From Eledone cirrhosa (Eukaryota), in the NCBI GenBank assembly GCA_964016885.1, contig OZ024745.1, positions 66,898,001 to 66,962,000 of the forward strand: a stretch of 64,000 nucleotides of DNA. Reading direction: 5' to 3'. Of the stretch, positions 40,197-54,973 are shown one piece after another (position 1 is the stretch's first letter; every line of letters begins with the position of its first letter). The notes under the pieces were generated by a model. That model did not search any database. It worked only from the letters and a program-made list of their open reading frames with translations, and was not told the DNA's origin. The translations under genes and the position numbers were made by a program.

Positions 40197-40329
40197 ATCA
40201 AAAGATGATTAAAAGAGTTAAAAGAGATCTTTTGATCTTATATATTATGTATACTCCAGTCCTACAAACTGTAGAGTGCTTCTTATCCGATATCTGCATT
40301 GCTTTATTATACTACAATAAAACTTACCT

Positions 40330-40333
<4 letters not shown>
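40193..40333. repeat. Short TA-flanked element sharing both ends with 58030-58812
   Basis: The start tataagatcaaaagatg.ttaaaagagtt and the end ctacaataaaact.acctccta are shared. Confidence 0.65.
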
Positions 40334-40387
<54 letters not shown>

Positions 40388-40394
<7 letters not shown>

Positions 40395-41105
40395 ATAATA
40401 ATAAAATTGAAGACTAAAATCCAAAGAGGGCTCGATAAGAAAAATATATATCAAATATATAAGAACCGTAGAGCAAATATTTATTAAAATAACAGATTAA
40501 AGTTTAAGCAAAGAATCGCTGCTTTCACTCTTAACGGGATCTTCTGAAACTAACAAAGTCAATCTGTAAACGCAGAACTGGATATTTCAAAAAACGTTGC
40601 AACCGGAGGAAGACAGGAAGACGATACTTTGGTTCGTGGTAACGTTCGCTGGCAAAGAACGGGAAAAAACGAATAATACGTCATTAATAGGAGCGGTGAA
40701 AAACAATTACGCGCAAAGACAAAACCACGTTTATGGTATAAAAGAGGTCGTAGACTAATGTTCTCTTAGGTGGTGCATAGAGACGTACTCTGGCAATGAA
40801 CGAAAAAACGAAGATAATAAGTCATATGTGGAGCGTGGAGAACGATAGCACGCAAAGACAAAACCACGTAAATGGTATAGCAGAAGTCGTAGACTAAAAT
40901 TCTAACTAGGCGACCAAATCAATCTCCGCTACAGAGTTAAGAACAAAGTAAATAAATACAATACAGAAGTAATAGAAACAAATAAATACATACACGCAAA
41001 CAGATACGTACATACACAAGCATACGCAAAACCTTACCATAGGTATACAAAACCACGCACATATAAATATGTGTGTGTGTGTATGCTTGTGTACAAATAA
41101 ATAAA
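40388..41105 (-). mobile_element. PLE pseudo-LTR, second copy of the 4594-6120 family
   Basis: 40388-40483 matches 4594-4685 directly. 40483-41105 is the reverse complement of 5490-6120. Confidence 0.88.
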
Positions 41106-41442
41106 TAGAGCAGAATGGTTAAACATTTTTAACCATTCTGCTCTGAGGATACAGTGGTCACAGCATTTGATAATTGAGTTTTGCAAATAGTTATAAATTT
41201 GCACATAGCATAACTAGGCTGTATAACCACCGTGGAAACATTTGTAAGCACACAGAATAAATTACCTTTCTATGATGTCTACCTGTTATTATTCATTCTT
41301 TATCTACACTCCGGAATACAGAAGGATCAAGAACTGAGTTTCTTCAACTATTCTTCCATAACTCGTTGAGTAACCCCTCGCCGTACGTCAATTCTATCCA
41401 GTGTAGTAATTAACCATTACTGCATTCAGGATAATCCTATAC

Positions 41443-41487
<45 letters not shown>

Positions 41488-41986
41488 TCACATTCATACC
41501 TCAAATACTTAAATATATATTTGATGCGTCTCGTCTCTTGATAACTTTTCTCTCGGTTTCGTATCATTTGAATATAACAAGTAGTAATTCTACCGATTTG
41601 TTTACTGTGATTTTTAACCTTAACTATGTAAATACTAATAATTTTCGTTTCCTTTATTCTTTTTGTGATATTTAGTTTGCTATCTAATAATAAGCTTACG
41701 TTAACCTTGCGGGAATTCAAGAGTACACAATTTACTTTACTATAGCAAGAATGATATATCAAAGGTGGTGAACTTACTTTATTTGAAGACATTATGAAAT
41801 TGGTATACAAGTGTTAATACTTTGTATGAGCAAATACAAAAGAGTGCAAAACAACCCCAACTCTGAAGGACTAATTACTTCCCTCTCTGCACAGTAATAA
41901 AGAAGTGATTTGCTTCTGAATGAGAGATTTAACAGGACATTTTCCAAATTGCTAAGAGCTTTTGTCCATTGTGCATGGATGTTTTG

Positions 41987-42080
<94 letters not shown>

Positions 42081-43405
42081 GCGTGCGTGCGTGCGTGTGC
42101 GCGTGCGCGTGCGTGTGCGCGTGCGCGTGCGTGTGCGTGTGTGTGTGTGGATAAAGATGCAGCTCGAGTCTTTTTAAGAATATTTATTAATTTCCTTGAC
42201 CGGTTTCACGTTTCTTATGCTTTTCAAGAGTAGAACTGAGATGGAGGGTTTGTTTTTTTTCTCACGAGATAAACCACAAACGCCTCATCATAAGAACCAT
42301 GAAACTGGTAAAGGAAATAAATAAATATTCTTAAAAAGACTCCAGTTGCATTTTCGACTTCTTTTCCTTATATTTTCACCCATGTAGGGCATCTCGTTGT
42401 TTTATTTTAAAAAAACCTCATTTTCTTATATATATATATAGATATATTATATACATATATACTTATGTGTGTTTGTATATATTCCTTCGTATGTTTGATA
42501 ATTATCTTTTCTAAATGTGAAATTAGCGATGAATTAAGGATCAGTAAGTATAATGTTTCAATTATTTCTTCTCTCAAATAGATAGCTCACAGGGCAGTAT
42601 ATCATTTTATTTACTTTATGGTATTTGAATATATCTAATGTTATTTGACAATGTTTGATTTTACGAGTATGTGAATATTGAAGGTGAACGCAATGTTAGG
42701 CAAGAAACTAGCGACAATTATGTTGCAACTATTAGATTCGTTGGCATTGGCGGATAACATTCTTGGAAGAACTGAAGAATATTCAAGAAACTAATTGTTT
42801 CCCTTTACGTTCATGCTTCAAAATCATTTTCTTTCACATAAAAGGGGAAAAAACAAGTGAATATATAAACTATAAAATAAATATAAATTTTGAATCAAGT
42901 TAAGATTTACTGATTTATAAAAACCAACGTTTATTGCAGGAGATACTTGACTGCTCCATCTAGATTCTCTTCCACACTACCTGCAATTGTCCAAAGATCA
43001 GATAGCGAGAAATATTGAAAATATTGATTTCATAAAATATTACCAGACAGATGCTTTCGTTGATCAGATTACATTTTGCAAATAAATCAATGCTGTGTAA
43101 GTCAGTCGTTTATGTCAAAATGACAATGAATAAATTTACGCCTGTTTTGAATTTTTATTTGCGCGTGGTTCCTAATAACTCACTATTCTTGAATTGTTCC
43201 CCTACAAAGAAAAGTGTACAAGGAAATGCAAGGAGGCTATTTTAAGTATCATATATAAATGGAGCTTTCATTTCTTTTCAAAGTATATTGATATGGAAAA
43301 TATGTAGAAGTTATTGAAAACACAAAAGAAAAGTTATAAACAGATGTAGGCATAGCTGTTGGATTAAAAAGAGAATATGTTTGTTTTTATACATGCATAT
43401 ATATG

Positions 43406-43437
<32 letters not shown>

Positions 43438-43441
43438 TGAG

Positions 43442-43485
<44 letters not shown>

Positions 43486-43934
43486 TGTGTGCGTGTGTGT
43501 GTGTGTGTGTGTGCGTGTGTGTGTGCGTGTATGTATGTACGTATCTATTTATGTATGTAGACAGGTATGCTGTGTTGAAATAATGGGAAAGTTCTAAATT
43601 TACGTTTTCTCTTCGATATCAATATTGATTTTTTTTTTTGGGTGGGGGGGGGGGGTTGAGAATTATATCATTTGAATATATGACAGCTAGATTCATACTT
43701 CATCAGTCAGATGTTAATTGTATATATAATTTGTCCTTGCGTTCATCATCGTCTCTTTTTCTGTGCATAAAATAGATGTGTAAAATAGATTGTCTGTCTA
43801 TTTAGCTCTTTTATAATGTATGATTGCACTTCTTCCTTGTAAGTTTTGTTGTGCTTCTCTGTTTTCTCTGATCGAGCATCCTTTGACACGCATCTCATCG
43901 ACCGAAGGATGAGACGTGACTTAGGTATTTCTTC

Positions 43935-45400
43935 TCATTTATAATCTGTTCCCGACTGGTAAGAGATCATATTGATTATTTCGATACGTAGTGCTGAATA
44001 GTACAGATTGCATCGTTAAATCGGGATATTTTATAATTTCTCCACTGTTCATTTTATTCCTGTTCGCAAACAAATGTTTGTTGTTGGCCACAGTTATAGC
44101 GAGTAAGTTGCACATGGTCGAGTGCAACAGTTGTTGCTCTTCAGTTTTTACTGGAGGCAGTGTATATGGTTACTTATTGGCCGGAAGGCTATTGATTTTT
44201 TAGTTATTTATATGTATATACGTCCACTATGGTATTTTGGCGTGAATGGGAGCTGGAATCTATGTAAAAGTATTGTTGTAATAGTGTGTTGGGTACTGAT
44301 AAGATGTATATAGAGAGCTACATTTGTTTGAAGTGACAGGGACAGATGTAGTATTTTCTTCTTTCATTTTTAGTGGTATGAGGGTACAGATTGAGTACAT
44401 CCTGCTGTCATATGATGTGTAGTGTAATAGTTATGTTCCTTGTAGATTGTTGCGCTTTTTGTGGTTCGATTAGTTTTCCTGACCGCATTGAAGTTATCCA
44501 CAATAAATCTAATGTATTGATATTACACCATTCATTGTTTCTTTCTGTTAGCTAAATGTATCAATTTGATTGCTTGAATTATGTGCGCTTCGTTGCCTTC
44601 TTTACAATTATATATGTTGTAAATCTTGTAGATCAGATGAATGTAACACCTAACAATTTTGTTGTCAGAATCCGTAGTGTGCAATTTGACTAAGAAATGT
44701 GCTTTGCCTTTTGTGTGTTAGCTGGTCTGTTTGAAAAGAGGAGAAAGGACTTGTTAGAAGCAATTTTAATGTACTGACTTAGAGTCGGACGTTTCGCGTT
44801 TTAATTAGTATTTGAATGCTGGTGAGATAATATGAGTTCAATGACAGCTACGGGTTTGTCTGGTTTTACGAAGATGTGTGATGGTTGTGTGGATATAGGT
44901 TGTAAAGAATGGATGGGTGACTGTCTGAAACTTTGAGGTCATGCTTTAAGAAAATTGCTGGTACTCGAGGTTCTGTTCTTGTAAATTCCAAAGGCTTCGA
45001 AACCTAACAAGTTGTTTTCTTGTAAGCGGTGTTGAGTATTACTTAAACGAGTGAATAACGACAAATAGGTTCGAAAACGTTGTGGAAGTATTTTTTTTTT
45101 ATTATTGTTGAAACCAATATATACATTCAGTGTTAAGTTTGAACATCGTTTTGTGCTTCATGGAATAGTCTGGGCATATGCTGGGATTTGAAGAGGTGGG
45201 TGTGGGTTAAAGATGTCAGCAAAGAATTGACGTTTCTAGAATGTATTTTGCACATGTAGGATGATGATGAGTTTGCATGAGGTTTCTTTGATCGGACTGT
45301 TGGCGGAGTCTATATTTATTATAATGTTGTCAAGCCTTCAATTTCAGGGATTTTCCATTTTTGTTTGAAGTAGATGGAGATGTTGTTGATGACATTTATT
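43935..45400 (-). mobile_element. Old degenerate LINE ORF2 (I/Jockey-group-like RT plus C-terminal zinc-knuckle region)
   Basis: Ordered minus-strand remnants: PHxPLxxxQH-like, IGFNNNK, PSILYNLY, LKIASNKS, LPPVKTEEQQL, QLTRYNCG. Many stops and frameshifts. Confidence 0.6.
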
Positions 45401-45871
45401 GACAGACCTTGATAATTTCAGGGATTTTGAATGCATTCTTTGTTACTGGAGTAAACTAGTATGCAGCAACGCCAGCTACACAGGGTTCCAGATAATTTTC
45501 ACAGATATATTTGATACAGAAATCCCTATATATTTCCTACCCCATAGATGGTACGATAAATATTTCATATCTCTTTAAAGGAAATCAATTTCAAAATCTG
45601 ATAGCGAATAAAAACATCATTCTATGAATAAGATAAATGTAATTATGATAAAATAGATTTTGGCAAAAACACAAACCTTTGTAATGAGAATTATAAAAAA
45701 TCATGAAATTGGAAGAGATTTATAAAAATAATTATAATTGTGTGGATGTTGTATTAAACAGGAGTTAATATTGTGCGCGAATCCAAATGTTTTCTTACAG
45801 AAGTACTGCATTAGATGTATCCAATAGTAAGTATCATGCTCGTCATGAATTTCGACTGCTACACAGTAGTG

Positions 45872-46060
45872 AAATAATTGTTTCTACTATTGGCACAAGG
45901 CCAGCAATTACCCAGTACATTACTGGTACTTTATTTTATCGACGCCGTAAGGATGAAAGGCAAAGTTAACCTCGGCGGGATTTGAACTCGGAATGGCAAG
46001 GACCGTAACTCTATGCGTCAAAGCATGGCGTCCGACCCTCTACCGATACTGCCAATCCAC
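45872..46060 (-). mobile_element. tRNA-derived SINE with TSD
   Basis: Same family as 56549. Flanked by acaca(g/c)tagtgaaataat at ~45862 and ~46063. Confidence 0.88.
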
Positions 46061-46168
46061 CACACACTAGTGAAATAATGAGCAAGATATTGACAATCGT
46101 TTAACGTCATCAACAATATCATATGTCCTCTTTCTCTCTATCTCTGACCCACTGACTTTCATAATATG

Positions 46169-46216
<48 letters not shown>

Positions 46217-46403
46217 CGTGTGTGCGTGTGTGTGTGTGTGTGTATGTATCTGCATGTGTGTCTGTGTGTTTGTGTGTACGTGTGTGCAAAAGGCAATACA
46301 CAATACAATGAAGAAATATATTATTAATTTCACGCTTGATATAGGAAGAAAAGAGTCATCACGTTTTCTATGTTAGTCCTTCATCAGAAAATACAATGAC
46401 AAG

Positions 46404-46482
<79 letters not shown>

Positions 46483-46499
46483 GAGAGAGAGAGTGATAG

Positions 46500-47485
46500 A
46501 TAGATAGGTAGGTAGATAAATAGATAATGTGAAGCCACATTGCTGTGACTCACGGAAGAAAAGTAGTGACCGTTTATATAGGAAATTACCCAGTGGACAC
46601 GTAGAGGGATAGGAGAGGAAAATAAGTGGAGGATAAAGATGATGGAAAGAAAATAAGTGAATGGGGTGAAGGCGGTGAAGGGTATATATACATATGTATA
46701 TATAAAATTACAAGAAACGAAGTGGGCTGTGTGGTTACTGTAAACAATTTTTAAGGTGGTAATATGGACGAAACAAGAGAAGAACCCTTTCATCAGCTGT
46801 TAACTGCAGATTATATATGTTTCGGCCTTTAAAACAGGACATCGAAATCGATCAGCAATGCACCCAAGGCCTTTTATCAATCAAAAGACCCTGAGGGGAA
46901 GAAACATAAGATAGTGAAGAGAGAGGAAGAAAGAGAAAAAAGGGAAGAGGAAAAAAATGAAGTAAACTAATCGGGTGGAGGGGGGACACGGGACAATGGC
47001 ACAAGCAAGTGAGTAACCGAGGAGAAAATAGAGAAAGTTACAAAGAACCGATTGGACTTAAGTCCTGTGGTCAATATAACTGCAGAGCGAGGTTTTTCCG
47101 TGCGATCTCAGCAAAGTGAGTGTAGATAGGGAGATAGACGGAGAAACCGGAAGTGAGAGGGAGGGGGGAAAGGGAGATAATCCAAGCGGGTTGACGACAT
47201 GTGTGAGATCAGGTCGAAAAGAAGCAGATAGATAGAAGGGAGAGGGGTGAGAAAGAGAGAGAGAGAGAACAGGAAGAGAAAGAAGGAGAGAGTGGATATG
47301 AAAGCGTGGCGGGACAACAAATCGAACAAAAGCAGGTAGAGGGGGTCCCAGCGGTAACTACAAAATTACAAGAAGCAAAGCAGGTTGTGTGGTTACTGTA
47401 AACAAAGTTTAAGATGGTAAAATGGACGAAACAAGAGAAGAACCCCTTCATCAGCTGTTAACTGCAGATCATAGATGTTTCGGCG
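46500..47485 (-). mobile_element. TA-flanked, terminally redundant PLE-like unit
   Basis: Direct repeats 46704-46826 and 47362-47484 (period 658). Both contain the minus-strand GAAAC...CTGATGA boxes. Confidence 0.65.
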
Positions 47486-47502
47486 CTTATACATATATAC
47501 AA

Positions 47503-47535
<33 letters not shown>

Positions 47536-47566
47536 GATAGATATATATAGATAGATATATATAGAT

Positions 47567-47685
<119 letters not shown>

Positions 47686-47704
47686 TAGATATATATATAG
47701 ATAT

Positions 47705-47754
<50 letters not shown>

Positions 47755-47756
<2 letters not shown>

Positions 47757-48458
47757 CGGAAAAATTTGAACAGGGACAACACAGAGAGGCAGTACAACGA
47801 ATGTTTATTAATTTCCCTCTCTGGAGAGTGGGGTGTTGGTGGGGGACGACGTTTCGGGTATAAGCCCTTCCTCAGGTGAGAAGTGTGTGGGAACAGAGTT
47901 CAAAGGGTGTGTAGGGGAGTGGTGGAGAGACATATAGCGAAAGGAAACGGTGCGAATGAAAAAATAAAAAATAAAGATAAAAATAAAAATAAAGCATGAT
48001 CAAAATACAAGGAATGAGATAAATTTAAAAATAAAGGCATGATCAAAATAAACTGAAATTAAAAGGTGGGTAAACAAGTGGTGGAAGGGTGTGGGGTGTG
48101 TAGGGGGTGGTGGGTGGAGTGGGGAGAGGGAGACGGGGTGTCCGAGCCGGGAGGGCTGAAGGTGGTATGTGTGTGTAGGTGTGCGTGTGTGTGTGTGTGT
48201 GTGTGTATGTGAAAGTAAGGGTTGGGGAAGAACGGGGTTGCATGTTCAGGAATAGGTGTGTGTGGGGGGGGTCTGAGTGTCTGTGCGTGTGTGGATAGAG
48301 GGGTGGGGGGAGAGGAATCAGGAGGCTGAGGGTGTAAATATGTGGTGGAAAGCACGTGTGTGTGGGGTTTAAGCGTGTTGTGGGTGTAGGTGGCGTGTGG
48401 AGAAAAAAAATGTTTGGGGGTGTGTGTGTGGGTGAGTTATATAGGTGATTACGTAAGA

Positions 48459-48460
<2 letters not shown>
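47755..48460 (-). mobile_element. PLE pseudo-LTR with minimal hammerhead
   Basis: Minus strand 47846-47877: ac CTGAGGA a ggg cttata ccc GAAA cg TC gt. Homologous to 2475-3110. Confidence 0.75.
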
Positions 48461-48509
<49 letters not shown>

Positions 48510-48681
48510 TACACACACACCAATCATAAAAAGGACGAAGTGATAGATTTTATTACGTTTATTCAGGTGTGACGCGCGTTTCACGATTGATGAGCTCAAG
48601 ACTCAATCTGTATCGATCTGACCCGACACTGGAATCAAAAGGTCGTCGGATTTTTGTTATGGTAATATGTTTGTGTGTGTG

Positions 48682-48717
<36 letters not shown>

Positions 48718-49689
48718 CAACAACAGAAGACCTGACTGGGAAATTGTGGGCTAGAATGAGCTAGAATTGTGGGCTAGAATAATTTAACCTAATAACAAAT
48801 ATTTAGATAATCCAAATCGGAAAAAGCAGACTGTGCTCACATTAATTTTTAACATCAATCAAAATATCCTTTATATATACCAGATGCTCTTTTAAAACCC
48901 CTTTCTTTATCATTTTCTTTATATAATATGATCTTAATAGAACGATTTCCAACGTCCACACCTTTTCCCACTATGTATATATATGTGTGTGAGGTGGGTA
49001 TGTATGTACATGTATACAAGATTTATAAACATAAACAACAAATATAACAGAAACTATAGTACCAGCATCAAAAACAGCAAACAGCAAGAAACTCGACAAC
49101 TATCTTGAATTTTAAGATTTCGGGGACGATTTGGCATGTATTACGGTATCAATTTATAACAGAAACATACTTAATAGGGTCATTCTAACAATTTCCCAAA
49201 TGGATATCTGACTGGCTATTTACATTTCAGTCCAGTTTAAATAGACATATGATCAAAGAGAATCTAAACCTGCACAGAGAATTTTCCCATATATACAAAG
49301 AAGTCAAGAATTTATTTTCCAAGACAGTAGATATGGGAATGATGCCGCTGCTATATCGAGAAAGGCAATCGACCAGGCAGAGAATACATTGCTTATTTGG
49401 CATGCCAATGTGCAACTGGAAATTGAGTTGTTTAATATTTACATTCTCATTGGCACAAACTTACATTATGTTTGTAAACATTTGAAATATAGCTTGTATA
49501 TTCCACATAAATCGTGAGAAAGGGTGTCAAAACAAAAGAAATTTTGTCTTGAACGAGGATATATATATATATATATACATTTCGTTTCTGAATTTGTTTA
49601 GCAAGATTCTTTATCTGAAAACGTGTGTGGAAACCGATGTTGTTATGCGTTGGGAGGGTCATGTTGCCAATAAGAAACACACGCACGAG

Positions 49690-50275
49690 TTGCTTTCCCT
49701 CCAATTTATTATAAAGTAAATTTATAAATTTAAGAATTTATAAATTTCCGGTTGGTTGGTTGGTTGGTTGGTTCCACAACCGGACGGTTGTTCATATATT
49801 GTAAAAGTTCTTTCGTTACACATTCTGTGACCTCTTCAGTGACTGGGGATTCTTTTCTTTGTTTTTGTGCCTCTCCTTTGTTCTGTCCTACGCCATCTTG
49901 TTTTTGTGTGTGTTGTGTGCTTAGTTTGCGCATGTGTTACATCCGGATGTCTGTGTGTGTTTTTATATGTTTATTTTTTGTTTATTTACATGTTACTGGT
50001 TGGTTGTTTGTTATATATGTGTGTGTTTTCATTTTGTCCTTAACTGTAAGTTGTGATGTTGCTATTCCATTCATGTTTCTATTTAATTTTGATTGGAGTT
50101 CATGTATGTTTATTGCCTCTGTGATTTGTCTAAACATTGCGTCTTTTCTGTGTGTAGATTCTATTTTTATTTCTATGTTCTCTAATTTGCCCTTATGTTC
50201 TATTTTAGCATGTTGGCGGAATACAGATGATTCTTTATTATCTTGAAGTTCTCGCCAGTGTTCATTTATAAATGA
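49690..50275 (-). mobile_element. PLE GIY-YIG C-terminal fragment plus 3' region
   Basis: INEHWREL...SVFRQHAKIEH...MFRQITEAINI...LN. The 3' region resembles 58950-59300. Confidence 0.7.
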
Positions 50276-50314
<39 letters not shown>

Positions 50315-50426
50315 CATATATAAGTGACCTTGACCCATTGGAATTGATGGTAAAATCCAAATGCAGGGTTTCTATGACACCTAAATCAAGAATGCTGTCT
50401 GCTTAAAACTATAAGCTTTTGGTAAA

Positions 50427-51225
50427 ATGAGCGAACAAGGAATATCACGTTATCAACAGGTATTTTGTACTGCGCTAACTTTATGAATGACACAGAGATT
50501 TGTAAAAGCACATGTGTAACTCTAAGGGGAAAAACCCTAAGATTTTAGCAAATTAATTCAGTATGTGTAAATTATGCAAAAAATTGCATAAATATATATA
50601 TATATATATATATGCAAAAGTTCTATTTAAATTGTTGGGATACAACAAGCAAATATTTTTATAACTGATATAAAGCACTCGACAAATATTTGGAGTAGAT
50701 ATACGATATTAATAAATGGAAACTATATTTATAAAACCATATTTATTTCATTATATATATTTCAATGATACCAAGTTACATTATGGTATGCCTTCATCAG
50801 ACAATATACAATATATAACAGTTTTATAAATAGACATTGACGTACCCCTTTAAAATTTGACCGTTGCTTTTTCTCTGTCTGATGGTTTGATATCTCCCCG
50901 TTATTTTTCCTCTGTTCTCTTTTCTTTTTGCTTTCTTCTTTTTCTTTATCTATCTCTCCCTTTCTTTTCACCACGTTTCTCTTTCTCTCTCCATCTTTTT
51001 ACTTACTCGTAACACTATGACTTACTAAAGTAAACAAACCACTATCCTGATGGCCTCCAAAAGCAACGGTCAATTTTTAAAGCGATACGTCAATGTCTAA
51101 TTATAAAACTGTTATATATTGTATTTTGTCTGATGAAGGCATACCATAATGTAACTTGGTATCCTTGAAATATACATAATGAAATAAATATGGTTTTATA
51201 AATATAGTTTCCATTTATTAATATC

Positions 51226-51291
<66 letters not shown>

Positions 51292-51308
51292 TAAAAAATT
51301 ACATTTAT

Positions 51309-51340
<32 letters not shown>

Positions 51341-51355
51341 ATAAATGTAATTTTT

Positions 51356-51419
<64 letters not shown>

Positions 51420-51578
51420 TATTTTTTGCATGATTTACACATACTGAATTCATTTACCAAAATCTGGCGTTTTTCCCCTTGTGAGTTACACATGTGCTTT
51501 TACAAAGCTCTGTGTCATTCATAAAGCCAGCGCAGAACAAAATACTTGTTGATAACATGATATTCCTTGTTCGATCAT
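50427..51578. repeat. Nested inverted repeats
   Basis: Outer arms 50427-50590 / 51415-51578. Inner fold-back 50700-50871 / 51059-51229 with CTGATGA at 51130. Small palindrome at 51286-51362. Confidence 0.88.
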
Positions 51579-51615
<37 letters not shown>

Positions 51616-51834
51616 GAGTTTATATAGGAAATACTACAAGACTAGTACTGTTTCATTCGTATGAAGTCATCTGGAATGCTCATATATTTATATGCATATG
51701 CAGATATCCATTTACATACATAGATAGATAAATACATACATGCATTAGATACATACGATATATACATACATGCATACACACGTACATGCGTACATACATA
51801 CAAACAAACATACATAATCAACACAAATAGCTGA

Positions 51835-52750
51835 TTCACAAAAGAGATAGGGATGCAGGCAAAACACCTAGATGCGACAAGTGCAGACTCTGGAGAATTA
51901 ACATCGAAGATGACATCGCGGTATTATCTACCTATGCGACATGATGTAGTGGCCAAAACACTGTACAATGCAATCCGTAGAAAAGATAGCCCGATGACAA
52001 ACACATTAAAGCTACAGCATTGTGGAAGACATACATATACATAATATGAAAGAGTACTGGTGGAATGTTCCAGTAAAAACCCCAATAAATCTGAAGGTAT
52101 AGTCAGAGTGGTGTATCTACAGATTTCTCATTAGTTCTACATAAATATTCTCCTTTTCGCTAATCTTTGATATTATATTGGCATAATGATATGGGATATG
52201 GAAAAGAAAGCATGCACAGTAGTGGAAGTTAGCTGCCCTGCAGATGCCAATATAATATCAATGATTAGCGAAAAGGAGAATATTTATGTAGAACTAATGA
52301 GAAATCTGTAGATACACCACCCTGACTATACGTTCAGATTTATGCCTGTGATTATTGGGGCACTGGGATATGTTAGTAACTGCCTCAATACAAATCTTGA
52401 GAAGATGGGCTTCACAGAAACAGAAAGACCACAATTAATTAGGAAATTACAAGTACAATCCATTAATGGAACAGTAAAAATATGTAAAACTTTCCAAAAC
52501 TTGTACATATAATAACTGCATATGCGCATGTACAGATACAAACATATTCACATGCACACATACAACTCAAAACATACACCTCCACACATACACTAACATC
52601 CATACCTGCACACACATGCATGCATGCAGACATGCAGACATATCCACCTAGTTGATAGTGTGTAAATTCCAATGAGAGAGTCTTGTAACTATGTTAGAAA
52701 CCGACTTTCTCTCTATTGGCAAAAATTTGTGAAATTATAAAACTTGAATA
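51835..52750 (+). mobile_element. R4/Dong-like RLE LINE 3' fragment (subfamily B, degenerate)
   Basis: SRYYLPMRHDVVAK, YWWNVPVKT, IWDMEKKACTVVEVSCP, IIGALGYV. Nucleotide match to 63760-64000. Confidence 0.85.
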
Positions 52751-53049
52751 TACATACACGCATACATAACTTTATATGTGTGTGAACAAAGTGTAAAAGG
52801 AAAATCCCCAAGGAAAGCAATCTACATATAGCATTCAACGTAAATATTTCAGCGTCATTCATTGATAGCCATTTCACGGGATTTAATCAATTATTCTATC
52901 GACACCTGTACGGAATCTGGAACTGGTTGTATCGAATAATTATTTACTCACCTATTGAATAAGGATCATTAATAGACATGAATATTTTCACAGACAAACG
53001 CACATACAGATACACACACACACATAAATACTTACATACATACATACAT

Positions 53050-53600
53050 GTGGCTGCCAACTCGTTTTCGAGTACGGCCACTACTTTATATCCATGTAGG
53101 AGAACCCCTATCGATGTACAAACACTACACTTGTGACAATTATTGACACATAGTGCTGGGCCGATGGTACCATGTGACGACAAGTGCAGAGAGATCTCCA
53201 GATACAAAGCAATGCTTGTGGCGTGAAGCTTTTATAGTGAGCAAAGGCACTGCACAAAGCCAGTCCCACTCTCTTAACCAAGATGATATTTACCAAAAAG
53301 AAGTTAACATCATTGGATACCATCAGGGTTGCAGGTGTTATATCAGAGTTTTCCTTCTCCTAGAATTCTGCCTTGACAAAGGCTAAGGGGTCATCTCTCC
53401 CGGTGATTTTGGATGGCCATTGACTCTTAACAGCTCCTTTGCCCTTTGACAGGTTTTGTTTTTAATCCTGCAGGATGTCCAATGTCACCCTCCTCACCAA
53501 GAAACCTTGGTGGGGTTGTCAGTATAATCGCCAACGACCCGACCATGGGACAGGTTGTACTGGAATGCATGTTACCAGTAGCACCAACTAGTGACCTGAC
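53050..53600 (-). mobile_element. RTE-derived bipartite element, subfamily 2
   Basis: Homologous to 32502-33095. Minus strand has tctaggagaaggaaaactctga. (CATA)n flanks. Confidence 0.78.
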
Positions 53601-53689
53601 ATACATACATGCATGCATACATACATACATACATACATACATACATACATACATACATACATACATACATACATACATACATACATACA

Positions 53690-53720
<31 letters not shown>

Positions 53721-54107
53721 CAACGTTATCAGTCGCACATTTTGGCGTGGGAGACTATTCATTAAATTTAAGATGAATACTATCTCTGACAGTAATGTCA
53801 CAACTATCAGTCGTGTTGAATAACTGGATATTCTTCTAAACCTATCCACTGAAGACACATTTTATTCGAATTTGTAGAGATATCTGACTAAATAAACAAT
53901 GCATTTTACAAGTATTTGCTACAAACAGCATCACCGGACACAACATCAACAACAACAATTTACCGAACATAGGGAACGAAAACTGTTTACCGAAGAAAAT
54001 CAATGAGAAAGGTAATCAAAATTTATTTAGTTGTTGCTACAGAAGAAACCGAAACTATAAATCGCATTTCTCTTGGAGTTACGAACTTAATAAGGATTTA
54101 TTTAATT

Positions 54108-54372
54108 GTTCTGCATCGAGAAACTGCATATACACCTGTACAGATAGAAAGCATATGCACAGGCACACATATAACTTAGAACACACATCCACACATACAT
54201 TTACATCCATACCTGCACACACATGCATGCATGCATGCATGCAGTCACGCATACATATCTACCTAGATGATGTTGTTTAAATTCCAATGAATGAGTGTTG
54301 TTTCTATGTTAGAAACCGGCTCTCTCTCTCTATCGGTAAACATTTTTAAAATTTAAAACCAGAAGAACAAAC
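54108..54372 (+). mobile_element. R4/Dong-like 3'UTR fragment
   Basis: Homologous to 34218-34452 and 52500-52750, and followed by acatacata. Confidence 0.75.
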
Positions 54373-54475
54373 ATACATATATACATGTATACATGTGAGT
54401 ATATGAGTTGTGGTGTGTGTATATGCTTGTTTGTGTATGCATGTTTGTTGTGTATTTGTATTCATACATGTGAAA

Positions 54476-54793
54476 GCGCGTGGCTTTCTAGTTAGGATGT
54501 TCGGCTTACTATTGTAAGCTTGTGAGTTGGATCCCCGGCGGCACAGTGTGTCTTGGAGAAAAAAGACTTTATTTTACATTGGGGCAGTCTACTCAGCGGG
54601 CAGAAGTGAGTTTTTACCTGTAATTCGAATGAGCAGCTTTGTCACCTTCTGTGTCACGCTGAATCTGTCTGAAAACTACATTAAAGATACGCCTGTCTGT
54701 TGAATGCTAAGTCACTTGCAAGTTAATTTTACGAACAAGCTCTTCCATGGAGCACATCAACTGGAACACTCATCGTCGTAATCGACGGAGTTC
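54476..54793 (+). mobile_element. Full-length diverged tRNA-derived SINE (CORE-like)
   Basis: The head is homologous to 1250-1373, with degenerate A and B boxes. The body ends caactggaacactcatcgtcgtaatcgacggag. Confidence 0.7.
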
Positions 54794-54844
54794 CTCAATA
54801 TACACACCCACACACATATATATATTATACATATATTTATGTAC

Positions 54845-54899
<55 letters not shown>

Positions 54900-54920
54900 G
54901 TAGAAAAGTAACACACGAGT

Positions 54921-54973
<53 letters not shown>

